A stretch of DNA of 60,000 nt from Candidatus Aenigmatarchaeota archaeon (GTDB lineage Archaea; Aenigmatarchaeota; Aenigmatarchaeia; CG10238-14; SCSR01). The notes beneath the pieces were generated by a model. The model saw only the letters and a list, made by a program, of their open reading frames with translations. It was not told the DNA's origin and did no database searches. Below are positions 17,433 to 26,221 of this stretch, piece by piece (position 1 is the first letter of the stretch; every line of letters starts with the position of its first letter). The DNA lies in contig JACRAE010000005.1 of assembly GCA_016213525.1 (NCBI GenBank), positions 83,405 to 143,404 on the forward strand, in the 5' to 3' direction. Position numbers and translations under genes: made by a program.

Positions 17433-17939
17433 CTATGCTATCTCGGCCCTCGTCCTCAGGTACCTTGCGTCCTCCTCGGATATTTCAGGTTCCCGCGACT
17501 TTTCCTCGCCCTTCGGGGCTGAGAACAGGTTGACGGTGGCGGACTTTATCGAGTTGGATATCGCTTCCAGATCCTGGTCGCTCGCCTTCACGGCCTGGGA
17601 CTCGGATAGGGGCCTTTCATCGCCGTAGACTGGGTATAGCTTGACGTGGAAGTGGGGCACCTCTTGCGACGGCATGACGGAGAGGTAGACGGTGTCCGGG
17701 GACAGGGAGTCTTTTATCATCTTCACAACGTTCTGCGACACCTGGAAGACGTTTGACGAGGTCAGAGGTTCGTCGTTCATGTTAGCATAGTGCTTCTTTG
17801 GTATCACGACGGACATGCCCCTCGACCTGGGGTTTATGTCCAAAAACGCGACAGTGTCCGAGTTCTCATACACCTTCTTCGCCGGTATCTTGCCCTCGGC
17901 TATGGCGCAGAATATGCAGGGCCTCGGCTGGTCTGCCAT
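17433..17939 (-). CDS. HIT-family nucleotide hydrolase
   Basis: 'CIFCAI..GKIPA..VYE', 'AFLDINP', 'VPHFHV'. Confidence 0.88.
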   Translation of the reverse strand: MADQPRPCIFCAIAEGKIPAKKVYENSDTVAFLDINPRSRGMSVVIPKKHYANMNDEPLTSSNVFQVSQNVVKMIKDSLSPDTVYLSVMPSQEVPHFHVKLYPVYGDERPLSESQAVKASDQDLEAISNSIKSATVNLFSAPKGEEKSREPEISEEDARYLRTRAEIA

Positions 17940-17963
17940 GAGTTAACTTGGCGCCGCGAAAGT

Positions 17964-18827
17964 TTAAACATGCATCATGTAGCCGTAGGCTACGATGACG
18001 GATATGAGGATTGCCATGTTCAGATGGAACGCCGGCATGAAGACGCTGTGGAGTTTGAATCCTTTCTGGCCGCCCCATATCTTGACTATCCCCAGGAACA
18101 TAACTATCGTCAAGGCGAGGTTCAGGGCGAAAAAGGGCAGCACCTCTTGCTGGGACAACATGGCTACCAGTGGCATCATTATCACCCCAATCATAATCAA
18201 TAGAGACTTTGGATTCGCGGCGAGCTTCTTGCCCAGCCCGACTTTGTAGCCCAGATAGAGCATCGTGTACAGGACCGACATGTATATCGTCGGGAGTACC
18301 AGCCGATAGTCGAATATTTCCGTCTGTGTGAACCAAACGGATCCGAACTTCATTGTCTGCATCAGCATGAAATTTGCCGCCATGAGGGGCATCATCTTCC
18401 CGATGCCGAACACCCCGCTTGAGTGCAGGAAGTTCGCCGCTATAGCCAATGACACCATTAGGAAGAACGCCGGGTTGACCAGATAGCAAATCACGAGGCC
18501 GACTGACATCAGAGCCGAAGACCCGGCTAGGAGCTCTCTCTTGGTGAGGCTGCCGGTGTGCAGAGGAGACTTCATGCTGTCCTTCTTGAATATTCTCTTT
18601 TCTCTGTCCTTCACGTCCTTGTCATAGTTCATGGTGTCATTCAGGGCGTAGATGAAGTTGTACGCAAGCAGGAAACCGACGAGCCCGGTTAGGTAGTCGG
18701 AAAAGGAGAACGCGCCGTTGTAGAAGTAGAACAGAGCCGCCATCACGGAGAATTGACTGATGTTTTTCAATGCGTTGCCGCAGTAGAACGACGAGGCAGC
18801 CATCTTCGCCTGATCGAGGAGAAGCAT
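17964..18827 (-). CDS. Second UbiA-family prenyltransferase, divergent
   Basis: Polytopic membrane protein with 'FIYALNDTMNYDKD...SPL..G.L' resembling the first Asp-rich motif. Confidence 0.65.
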   Translation of the reverse strand: MLLLDQAKMAASSFYCGNALKNISQFSVMAALFYFYNGAFSFSDYLTGLVGFLLAYNFIYALNDTMNYDKDVKDREKRIFKKDSMKSPLHTGSLTKRELLAGSSALMSVGLVICYLVNPAFFLMVSLAIAANFLHSSGVFGIGKMMPLMAANFMLMQTMKFGSVWFTQTEIFDYRLVLPTIYMSVLYTMLYLGYKVGLGKKLAANPKSLLIMIGVIMMPLVAMLSQQEVLPFFALNLALTIVMFLGIVKIWGGQKGFKLHSVFMPAFHLNMAILISVIVAYGYMMHV

Positions 18828-18862
18828 TATCTAAATAAGAAAGCGCCCCTTTAATTAGATTC

Positions 18863-19405
18863 ATGAGGTTGGCCGTATTCCTGGAGCATGCCCTGTCGCC
18901 GCTGACACTGCCGCTGTTCGCCATGTCCGTGATATTGTACGCGAGCCTGGGCACGCAGTCCTTCGTTCCGACCCTTCTGACGTCCGCGATACCAATAGCT
19001 GTCTATTGTGCCGGGTGCGTCGTTGCCAGGAGGTTCTCCAAGAACGAGAACGTGTATTTCAGCGTTCCGTGCCTGCCCGCTCTGGCGTCCTTCATCGTAA
19101 TCTATTCCGCATACGGCCCCATGCCGATACTTTTGCTGTCGACCGCGACCGTCTGCGCGTTCTTCACCGTGGTGTACCTGCTCCGCACCTATTGGAGGAT
19201 AAGTATGCATATGATGTTCTATGCCGGAGTGTCGGCCATACTTTCCATAATGGACGCCGCCTTCCTGCCGATGTTCGCCCTCGTGCCCGCCGTGGCCTGG
19301 TGCAGGCTGAGCCTCAAGAGGCACACGCCCATGCAGCTCGCCGCGGGGTTCGCCGTAGGCCTCGCCGCACCCATTTCTATGGGGGTTTTCCTCGGATTGG
19401 TCTGA
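18863..19405 (+). CDS. PAP2-like membrane phosphoesterase
   Basis: Hydrophobic; 'WRISMH' and 'WCRLSLKRHTPMQL..G' correspond to PAP2 motifs C2/C3. Confidence 0.7.
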   Translation: MRLAVFLEHALSPLTLPLFAMSVILYASLGTQSFVPTLLTSAIPIAVYCAGCVVARRFSKNENVYFSVPCLPALASFIVIYSAYGPMPILLLSTATVCAFFTVVYLLRTYWRISMHMMFYAGVSAILSIMDAAFLPMFALVPAVAWCRLSLKRHTPMQLAAGFAVGLAAPISMGVFLGLV

Positions 19406-19501
19406 GAAACAGCCCCGTCTACGGGAACGGCCATATTAGGGTGCCGTAAAAGCTTTTTATTCATATCAGGCGAAGGAATTGTATTGTATTGGGTGTATTG
19501 A

Positions 19502-20476
19502 GTGCCACAAGTAAAGAGACCAAAGCGCGGATCGCACGCGTTCTATCCGAGGAAGAAGACTAGTCGTATCTATCCTTCTCTGGAAACCTATCCCGAATCC
19601 GACAAGCCGAGGGCGATGGCCTTCGCCGGCTACAAGGCGGGCATGACTCACGCTATGATTTTCGACAACAAGAAGGGCTCGCCGACGTTCGGCATGGAGA
19701 TTCAGATGCCCTGCACCATAATCGAGTGCCCCCCGCTGAAGGTGATCTCCATACGTGCCTACCACAGGACGGCGAAGGGCGACCAGCCGATGTGCGAGGC
19801 CTTCGCGAAGGAGATGCCGAAGGGTCTGGACAGGAAGATTAGCGTCGGCAAGTTCAAGACCGACGAGAAGCTCGCCCAGATCGAGAAGATGGCGGACAAG
19901 ATATCTATTTTGAGGATGGTGGTCGCGACCAGTCCGACCATGACGGCCTTCGCAAAGAAGACGCCGGAGGTTTTTGAGATAGAGGTCGGCGGAAAGACCG
20001 GGAAGGAGAAGCTTGAATTCGCCAAGCCGCTGCTGGGCAAGGAGATAGTCGCGTCGGACGTGATGAAGGAGGGCGAGGTCGTCGACACGATAGCCGTCAC
20101 CATAGGAAAGGGGACGGAGGGACCTGTCAAGAGGTTCCACATCAGGATTCAGGACAGGCACGCCAAGCAGAAGAGGAGGCACGTCGGTGCAATCTCGCAG
20201 CAGGTCCCAAGGAAGGTCAGGTGGCAGGCGCCGACCGCCGGTCAGCTGGGATTCCAGAGGAGGACCGAGATGAACAAGCGCGTGATGAAGATAGGCGAGG
20301 GCAAGGACATCATGCCGAAGAGCGGCATACACAGGTACGGCGTCCTGAAGAGCAGCTTCGTGCTTCTGAAGGGCTCCGTCGCCGGACCGAAGAAGAGGTT
20401 GATAATGATGAGGGCATCGATAAGGCCGCCGAAGGTCAGGATTGCGGTGCCAGAGATCAGGGAGATAGCGAAGTAA
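19502..20476 (+). CDS. rpl3: 50S ribosomal protein uL3
   Basis: 'RPKRGS.AF.PRK', 'FAGYKAGMTH', 'GKG..GPVKRF', 'KGSVAGPKKR'; GTG start. Confidence 0.97.
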   Translation: MPQVKRPKRGSHAFYPRKKTSRIYPSLETYPESDKPRAMAFAGYKAGMTHAMIFDNKKGSPTFGMEIQMPCTIIECPPLKVISIRAYHRTAKGDQPMCEAFAKEMPKGLDRKISVGKFKTDEKLAQIEKMADKISILRMVVATSPTMTAFAKKTPEVFEIEVGGKTGKEKLEFAKPLLGKEIVASDVMKEGEVVDTIAVTIGKGTEGPVKRFHIRIQDRHAKQKRRHVGAISQQVPRKVRWQAPTAGQLGFQRRTEMNKRVMKIGEGKDIMPKSGIHRYGVLKSSFVLLKGSVAGPKKRLIMMRASIRPPKVRIAVPEIREIAK

Positions 20477-20477
20477 C

Positions 20478-21269
20478 ATGAAAGCAGACGTCTTCGATTT
20501 GCAGGGCAAGAAGAAGGAGCAGGTCAGCCTGCCGAAGGTCTTTTCCGAGCCCGTCCGCGCGGACCTGATAAAGCGCGCCGTGATATCCGCCCAGTCCAAC
20601 GAGAGGCAGGCTTACGGCCCGAACTGGATGTCCGGAAAGAAGACGTCGGCGCACTACCACGGCTACAGGCGCCACAGGTACACGATGATGAACAGGGAGA
20701 TGGCCAGGCTGCCCAGGCTCCATGGAAAGACGGTCCCATTTTTGAACCTCCGCGCGAAGTTCGTCCCGCACGCCATAGGCGGAAGGGCCGCGCACGCCCC
20801 GCTGCCTGAGAAGGTCTGGGAGCAGAAGATAAACGACAAGGAGAGGCAGAAGGCGGTCAGGTCCGCGATAGCCGCCACGGCTGTAAAGGACCTGGTCGAG
20901 GCGCGCGGCCACAGGATAGGCGCGATTTCGATGCCGATTATAGTCGAGGACGTCTTCCAGAGCATGAAGAAGACGAAGGACGTGGCCTCCTTCCTGACGA
21001 GCATGGGCCTCGACGAGGAGATGGAGAGGACGTCCGAGAAGAAGGTCCGCGCGGGCCGCGGCAAGATGAGGGGCAGGAAGTACGTCAAGAAGGTCGGGCC
21101 GCTCTTCGTCATCGCAGACGACAAGGGCATCGGAAAGGCCGCCAGGAACATACCGGGCGTGAACGTCTGCCGCGTGGGCAACCTTTCGGCCGAATATTTG
21201 GCTCCGGGGACGAAGCCCGGAAGGCTGACGATATTCACGAAGTCTGCGCTGGAGAAGCTCGGTGAGTGA
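20478..21269 (+). CDS. rpl4: 50S ribosomal protein uL4
   Basis: 'PVRADLIKRAV', 'GGRAAH', 'KVRAGRGKMRGR', 'LAPGTKPGRLT'. Confidence 0.97.
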   Translation: MKADVFDLQGKKKEQVSLPKVFSEPVRADLIKRAVISAQSNERQAYGPNWMSGKKTSAHYHGYRRHRYTMMNREMARLPRLHGKTVPFLNLRAKFVPHAIGGRAAHAPLPEKVWEQKINDKERQKAVRSAIAATAVKDLVEARGHRIGAISMPIIVEDVFQSMKKTKDVASFLTSMGLDEEMERTSEKKVRAGRGKMRGRKYVKKVGPLFVIADDKGIGKAARNIPGVNVCRVGNLSAEYLAPGTKPGRLTIFTKSALEKLGE

Positions 21270-21270
21270 T

Positions 21271-21531
21271 ATGGACCCCTGGAAGATTCTGAAGTACCCG
21301 CACATGACCGAGAAGTCGGTGGGCATGATTGAGAGCGAGAACAAGATAGTCTTTGTCGTGGACAGGGATTCGGACAAGGTCTCCGTGAAGAAGGCGTTCG
21401 AGTCGGCGTTCGACGTGAAGGTGGAGAAGGTGAACGTCGAGGTCACGATGAAAGGCGAGAAGAAGGCCTACATCAAGCTGAAGCCGGAGAACAAGGCGAT
21501 TGACGTCGCCGTGAAGCTGGGGATAGTATAG
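21271..21531 (+). CDS. rpl23: 50S ribosomal protein uL23
   Basis: 'P.MTEKS', 'N.IVF.V', 'VKVEKVN', 'KKAYIKL'; alternative GTG start at 21262. Confidence 0.95.
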   Translation: MDPWKILKYPHMTEKSVGMIESENKIVFVVDRDSDKVSVKKAFESAFDVKVEKVNVEVTMKGEKKAYIKLKPENKAIDVAVKLGIV

Positions 21532-21541
21532 AGGTTATGAT

Positions 21542-22258
21542 ATGGGTAAAAGAATAATTCCGAGGGCGCGCGGTGCAGGCGGACCGAGATATGTCAGTCC
21601 GTCGCATAGGTTCCTCGGCAAGATAGAATATTTTCCGGCGGTCGCGATGAAGGGGAAGATTGTAGACATCGTCAGGGACGCGATACACTCCGCGCCGATG
21701 GCTGTCGTCAAGGGCGACAACGGCAAGCAGATCCTCCAGGTCGCGGCTGAGGGCGTCATGATGGGCGACACGATAACGTACGGCGGTGACGAGCTGAAGA
21801 CGGGCAACGTGGTCGAGCTGTCCAAGGTCCCGGAGGGCGCTAGGATATTCGCGATAGAGACCTATCCGGGCTCCGGCCCGAAGCTCTGCAGGAGCAGCGG
21901 CGTCTTCGCCTTCGTGACGAGCAAGACGGGCGGCAGGGTCAACATACAGTTCACGAACGGGAGGATAGTCGATTTTGACGAGAGGTGCCGCGCCACGGTC
22001 GGGATAGCGGCCGGCGGCGGAAGGCCGGACAAGCCGTGGGTCTCCGTTGGGAAGAAGTTCCACGCCAAGCACGTGAAGGGCAAGATATACCCGAGGTCCG
22101 CCGGAGTGAACATGACGCCGGCAGACCACCCGTACGGCGGCAAGAGCAAGAGGCCGCGCCCGAGCAGGACGGTATCCAGGCACGCCCCGCCAGGCAAGAA
22201 GGTCGGCAGCATCGCCGCCCGCCGCGTGGGCAAGAGGAAGGGAGCGAGGAACGCATAA
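21542..22258 (+). CDS. rpl2: 50S ribosomal protein uL2
   Basis: 'MGKRI..RARG.G', 'CRATVG..AGGGR', 'M.PADHPYGG', 'PPGKKVG.IAARR'. Confidence 0.97.
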   Translation: MGKRIIPRARGAGGPRYVSPSHRFLGKIEYFPAVAMKGKIVDIVRDAIHSAPMAVVKGDNGKQILQVAAEGVMMGDTITYGGDELKTGNVVELSKVPEGARIFAIETYPGSGPKLCRSSGVFAFVTSKTGGRVNIQFTNGRIVDFDERCRATVGIAAGGGRPDKPWVSVGKKFHAKHVKGKIYPRSAGVNMTPADHPYGGKSKRPRPSRTVSRHAPPGKKVGSIAARRVGKRKGARNA

Positions 22259-22292
22259 ATAGCCTCCCGGCGGAATAGATGGAAGTGGAAAA

Positions 22293-22676
22293 ATGGCAAA
22301 AGAATACGTGTTCAGGGGAAAGAAAATCGAGGACCTCAAGGCAATGACACTCGAAGAGCTGTCGAAGATGCTGACCGCGAGGGAGAGGAGGACGATCAAG
22401 CGCGGGTTCTCGGACCAGGAGAAGAAGCTGATCGAGAACATAAGGAGGGACCCCGCCAAGTTCCACAAGACGCACGTCAGGAACCTCATAATTTTGCCGG
22501 AGATGGTAGGTACGAGGCTCGGGATATTCACGGGCAAGGAATGGTTCCAGCTGACGGTCGAGCCTCATATGGTCGGCCACAGGACCGGGGAATTTTCCAT
22601 ACCGGTCAAGAGGGTGAAGCACTCCGCGCCCGGAATCGGCGCCTCGAGAGGCTCTAAGAACATCGCGGTGAAATAA
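22293..22676 (+). CDS. rps19: 30S ribosomal protein uS19
   Basis: 'KTHVRNLIILPEMVG', 'MVGH..GEFS', 'PGIGASRGS'. Confidence 0.96.
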   Translation: MAKEYVFRGKKIEDLKAMTLEELSKMLTARERRTIKRGFSDQEKKLIENIRRDPAKFHKTHVRNLIILPEMVGTRLGIFTGKEWFQLTVEPHMVGHRTGEFSIPVKRVKHSAPGIGASRGSKNIAVK

Positions 22677-23036
22677 ATGAAGACATCAAACGCGACGTTC
22701 GTGGGAGAGAGGATATCGTTCAAGCACTCGCAGATAGTCGCCGATGCGATAAGGAACAAGAGCCTGGCCAAGGCGAAGAGCCTCCTCACGGACGTGCTCG
22801 CCGAGAAGAGGACGATAGGGGGCATGGTGTTCCCGAAGTCTAGTAAAGCATTTTTGACTCTTTTGAACTCCGCCGAGGCCAACGCCAAGCAGAAGAACAT
22901 CGACACGGAGAAGATGTTCGTGAAGGTCGCGAAGGCGGACAGGGCGCACAAGTACATCCGCGGGAGGTCGCTCGCCAAGTACAGGGGCCAGCGCGCGAAG
23001 GTCACCCACATATCGGTGGTTTTGGAGGCCAGATAA
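22677..23036 (+). CDS. rpl22: 50S ribosomal protein uL22, short form
   Basis: 'ISFKHS', 'FPKSS.AFL.LL.SAEANA', 'THISVVL'; canonical position. Confidence 0.9.
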   Translation: MKTSNATFVGERISFKHSQIVADAIRNKSLAKAKSLLTDVLAEKRTIGGMVFPKSSKAFLTLLNSAEANAKQKNIDTEKMFVKVAKADRAHKYIRGRSLAKYRGQRAKVTHISVVLEAR

Positions 23037-23659
23037 TGGCCATAGAGAAGCTCTTCGTCAAGGAAGGAATAAGGGACTCCCAGCTCGAGGAGTACCTCGG
23101 CGACATGTTCGACAAGGCCGGGTACAGCCACACCGAGATGCAGAGGACCCCGATGGGCACCAGGATAATCATTTTCGCGCACCGCCCGGGACTCATCATA
23201 GGCAAGTCCGGCAGGAGGATACAGGAGCTCACCGAGGCAATCAAGGTGCGCTTCGGCATAGAGAACCCGCTCCTAGACGTCAAGGAGGTCGACGAGCCGC
23301 TCCTAGACCCCGCCATCGTGGCGAAGAGGATAGCCCGTTCGCTCGAGAAGGGCATCAACTTCAAGAAGGTCTGCAACTTCTACCTCGAGGAGGTCACGAA
23401 GGGCGGCGCGATAGGGATAACGATCCGCGTCGCGGGCAAGCTGGCGGGCGTCGAGAGGTCGAGGTTCGCCAAGTTCAGGCGCGGCTTCGTAGCGCACTCC
23501 GGCGAGTACGCCGAGACGCTCGTCAGGAACGGGTTCACGCGCGCCGCGATGAAGCCGGGAATGGTCGGGATACAGGTCAAGATAATGATGGAGTCGCCGA
23601 AGGAGATCACGGTGAAGCAGAAGGTCCCGAGCGTAGAGGACATCGTAGCCGGCGCTTGA
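23036..23659 (+). CDS. rps3: 30S ribosomal protein uS3
   Basis: 'AGYS', 'RPGLIIGKSG.RI.EL', 'GKL..ERSR', 'G.VGIQVKIM'. Confidence 0.96.
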   Translation: MAIEKLFVKEGIRDSQLEEYLGDMFDKAGYSHTEMQRTPMGTRIIIFAHRPGLIIGKSGRRIQELTEAIKVRFGIENPLLDVKEVDEPLLDPAIVAKRIARSLEKGINFKKVCNFYLEEVTKGGAIGITIRVAGKLAGVERSRFAKFRRGFVAHSGEYAETLVRNGFTRAAMKPGMVGIQVKIMMESPKEITVKQKVPSVEDIVAGA

Positions 23660-23741
23660 CTCTTTCGCAGGCCGGAACTTGTTTTTGGAAAACTTAAGAC
23701 AACTCAGAATCTATTTAAACATGAGGAAAGGATTGTTGTAA

Positions 23742-23963
23742 ATGGCAATGCTAAGGACCAAGCAAGCAAGGGAAATGTCCGACAAGGACAGGAACTCCAG
23801 GCTCTCCGAGATGAGGCTCGACCTCATGAAGGAGACGGGCGGCATCAGGATGGGCAAGCCCCTCAAGAACACGGGCCGCATAGGCGAGCTGAAGAGGTCC
23901 ATAGCCAGGATTCTGACCATCAAGAACGAGATTAGAAGGCAAAACGGGGCAAAGAAGAAGTGA
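23742..23963 (+). CDS. rpl29: 50S ribosomal protein uL29
   Basis: 'REMS', 'N.GRI.ELKRSIARILTI'. Confidence 0.93.
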   Translation: MAMLRTKQAREMSDKDRNSRLSEMRLDLMKETGGIRMGKPLKNTGRIGELKRSIARILTIKNEIRRQNGAKKK

Positions 23964-24265
23964 TGGTTGAACAAATCTGTCCAGTCTGCGGCCTGCCGAA
24001 GCCGTCCCTGTGCGTCTGCGGACAGATTGAGAAGGAAGAGCAGAAGATCAAAGTTTTCACCGAGATAAGGAGGTTCAAGAAGGTCACCACCGTCGTGCAG
24101 GGGATCACGAACGGGAAGGAGGCGTCGAAGCAGCTCAAGTCCGCGCTCGCGTGCGGCGGCACCTTCAAGGACAACCACATAGAGCTGCAGGGCGACCACA
24201 GGGGCCGCATCGTCGGGATACTGAAGAAGCTGGGATACGACGAGGACCAGGTAGAAGTAAGCTGA
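23963..24265 (+). CDS. Translation initiation factor SUI1/aIF1
   Basis: 'CPVCGLP..LCVC', 'LKSALACGGT.K', 'IELQGDHR'. Confidence 0.95.
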   Translation: MVEQICPVCGLPKPSLCVCGQIEKEEQKIKVFTEIRRFKKVTTVVQGITNGKEASKQLKSALACGGTFKDNHIELQGDHRGRIVGILKKLGYDEDQVEVS

Positions 24266-25036
24266 CTATCTTTTGATTGCAGCGGTCACAAGGATGGCGT
24301 TCTCCCGTCCCCTGTCGGCGTATGTTTTCTTTATCATGCTGCCCGTCTTTGGGTAAAGTTCCGCGCCCGTGTAGCTCGGCGCGAACCAGTCATAGTCCTT
24401 GACCCCGTGGAACCTCTTGCTGCGTTCGTTCTTGGTTATGTGCCTGGCGCTCATGTAGAGTCCGTCCGTCTTAAGAATTCTGTGCATTTCCATCTGCAGG
24501 CCGGCGAGCGAGCCGTACCAGTCGGGCCTTGTGTCGTAGACGAGGTCCACAGACTCGTCGGGGAGCGGCGTCTTTTGGTTCTCGGAAATCACAAAGTCGA
24601 CGTTTTTTATCCCGAGCCTCTTTTTTTTCTCCTTCGCGTAGCCTATCATTCCTTTCGAGAAATCGAGACCGATGAAGGAAAGTTTCGGGTTCTCGAGGGC
24701 GAGGTAGCACAGTATGGTGCCGGTCCCGCAGCTAACGTCCGCCACCCTCCCGGAGACGTCCCTCCTTACAAACTCGTTCAGAGTCTCGGCCATCGCGTAG
24801 CTCTCGAGCAGAAGCTTCCTCTGCGAGAAATGGATGTCGTAAAATCTCGCCTTCGCGTCGAAAACCAACATGCTCTTGACGTGCCCGTTCGGCTCGGGGA
24901 AGTTCTTAGAGTTCTCCCTCACGTAGTCCGGTATGTCTTTTTCATTAGCCTTTCTGAACTCCTCGTTCAGCTTTACGATGTCGTTCTTTTCCATGCGTTC
25001 CGGCTTCAGCAGTCTGAAGTATTCTATGAAATCCAT
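24266..25036 (-). CDS. Class I SAM-dependent methyltransferase
   Basis: 'VADVSCGTG', 'GLDFS..MI..A', 'PLPDESVDLV', 'HRILK..G'. Confidence 0.85.
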   Translation of the reverse strand: MDFIEYFRLLKPERMEKNDIVKLNEEFRKANEKDIPDYVRENSKNFPEPNGHVKSMLVFDAKARFYDIHFSQRKLLLESYAMAETLNEFVRRDVSGRVADVSCGTGTILCYLALENPKLSFIGLDFSKGMIGYAKEKKKRLGIKNVDFVISENQKTPLPDESVDLVYDTRPDWYGSLAGLQMEMHRILKTDGLYMSARHITKNERSKRFHGVKDYDWFAPSYTGAELYPKTGSMIKKTYADRGRENAILVTAAIKR

Positions 25037-25085
25037 ACTTACTAGAAAACTCGAAAATATTTAACCTGAACGACAATTCATTCTC

Positions 25086-25367
25086 ATGCCGATAACGCCG
25101 CAGAACCTGGTGAGGCACGAGCTCATAGGCCTGAAAGTCTCCGTCTCGAAGTCCTCCGACCCGACGCAGGAGGGCCTCTCTGGGACGGTGGTCGACGAGA
25201 GCTACGGTGTTCTGACCGTTGACGTCGCCGGGAAGGACAAAAAGGTCGTGAAATCGAGCTGCGTCTTCGTCTTCACACTTCCAGACAGGAGGAAGGTCGA
25301 GGTCGACGGCAAGGTCATCGTCAGCAGACCCGAGGACAGGATAAAGAAGAAGCAACCGAAGTGGTGA
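25086..25367 (+). CDS. rnp1: Ribonuclease P protein component 1 (Rpp29)
   Basis: 'ITPQNLVRHELIGL', 'GTVVDES', 'VDGK....RPEDRIK'. Confidence 0.95.
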   Translation: MPITPQNLVRHELIGLKVSVSKSSDPTQEGLSGTVVDESYGVLTVDVAGKDKKVVKSSCVFVFTLPDRRKVEVDGKVIVSRPEDRIKKKQPKW

Positions 25368-25438
25368 AAACGCGCGAAATTAGACGGAAAATCCATTCTT
25401 CGCAATAAGTCGAGCCTCGAATCCCATTTTAGAACCTT

Positions 25439-25446
25439 TTTAAATA
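25439..25446 (+). promoter_or_regulatory. TATA box, probably for leaderless rps17 transcription
   Basis: TTTAAATA 22-29 nt upstream of the ATG at 25468. Confidence 0.55.
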
Positions 25447-25467
25447 TACGGAACGAAACTTCTTTCT

Positions 25468-25821
25468 ATGTCTAAGAGGCAAACCGAGTCTTCCGGCAAG
25501 GCTAGGAACATCGGGATAGAGGTAAAGGCTCCGAAGAGCGAGTGCCAGGACGGCAAGTGCCCGTTCCACGGGACGCTGCCTGTCAGAGGAATAATCGTCA
25601 AGGGGCGCGTCGTGTCCGCGAGGGCGACAAAATCCGTCGTTATAGAGAAGAACTACTTCCACTGGGTCCAAAAGTACCAGAGGTACGAGCGCAGGCACTC
25701 GAGGATATCCGCCTACAATCCGGAGTGCGTCGCCGCCAAGGAGGGCGATTTCGTGACGATAGCCGAGTGCAGGCCCCTCAGCAAGACGAAGGCGTTCGTG
25801 GTCGTGGAGAAGGGCGAGTGA
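25468..25821 (+). CDS. rps17: 30S ribosomal protein uS17
   Basis: 'C.D.KCPFHG.L.VRG', 'KY.RYE.R', '[10 protein letters not shown]'. Confidence 0.97.
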   Translation: MSKRQTESSGKARNIGIEVKAPKSECQDGKCPFHGTLPVRGIIVKGRVVSARATKSVVIEKNYFHWVQKYQRYERRHSRISAYNPECVAAKEGDFVTIAECRPLSKTKAFVVVEKGE

Positions 25822-25822
25822 G

Positions 25823-26221
25823 ATGAAGGGGCTTAAGGCAAGCGTGACAAGGGCGCTCAACGTCGGCACCGTAGTGAACTGCGCGGACAACACGGGCGCG
25901 AAGACGGCACAGATAATCTCGGTCGGGGGCTACCACGGAGTCAAGAGGAGGCAGCCCGCGTGCGGAGTGGCCTCGCTGATCAAGGTGGTAGTGAAAGAGG
26001 GCGACCTGAAGAGCAGGCACCAGATGTTCAACGCAGTTATAGTCAGGCAGAAGGCCGAGTACAGGAGGAAGGACGGGATGCGCGTGACGTTCGAGGACAA
26101 CGCCTGCGTCATCACGGACGAGAAGGGGGACCCGAAGGGGACCGAGATCAAGGGGGCAGTCGCGAAGGAGGCCGTCGAGAGGTTCTCCGGCATAGGCAAG
26201 ATATCCACCATAGTGGTATGA
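25823..26221 (+). CDS. rpl14: 50S ribosomal protein uL14
   Basis: 'CADNTGAK', 'AVIVRQ..EYRR.DG..V.FEDNA', 'PKGTEIKG.VA.E'. Confidence 0.97.
   Translation: MKGLKASVTRALNVGTVVNCADNTGAKTAQIISVGGYHGVKRRQPACGVASLIKVVVKEGDLKSRHQMFNAVIVRQKAEYRRKDGMRVTFEDNACVITDEKGDPKGTEIKGAVAKEAVERFSGIGKISTIVV

Noticed and set aside
17433-17939. HIT motif lacking the third His (HFHVK); similarly DCEG in place of DxDG in the HAD at 33546-34199
   Set aside because: Single-residue variants with the nucleophile retained, which is not enough to claim a new function.
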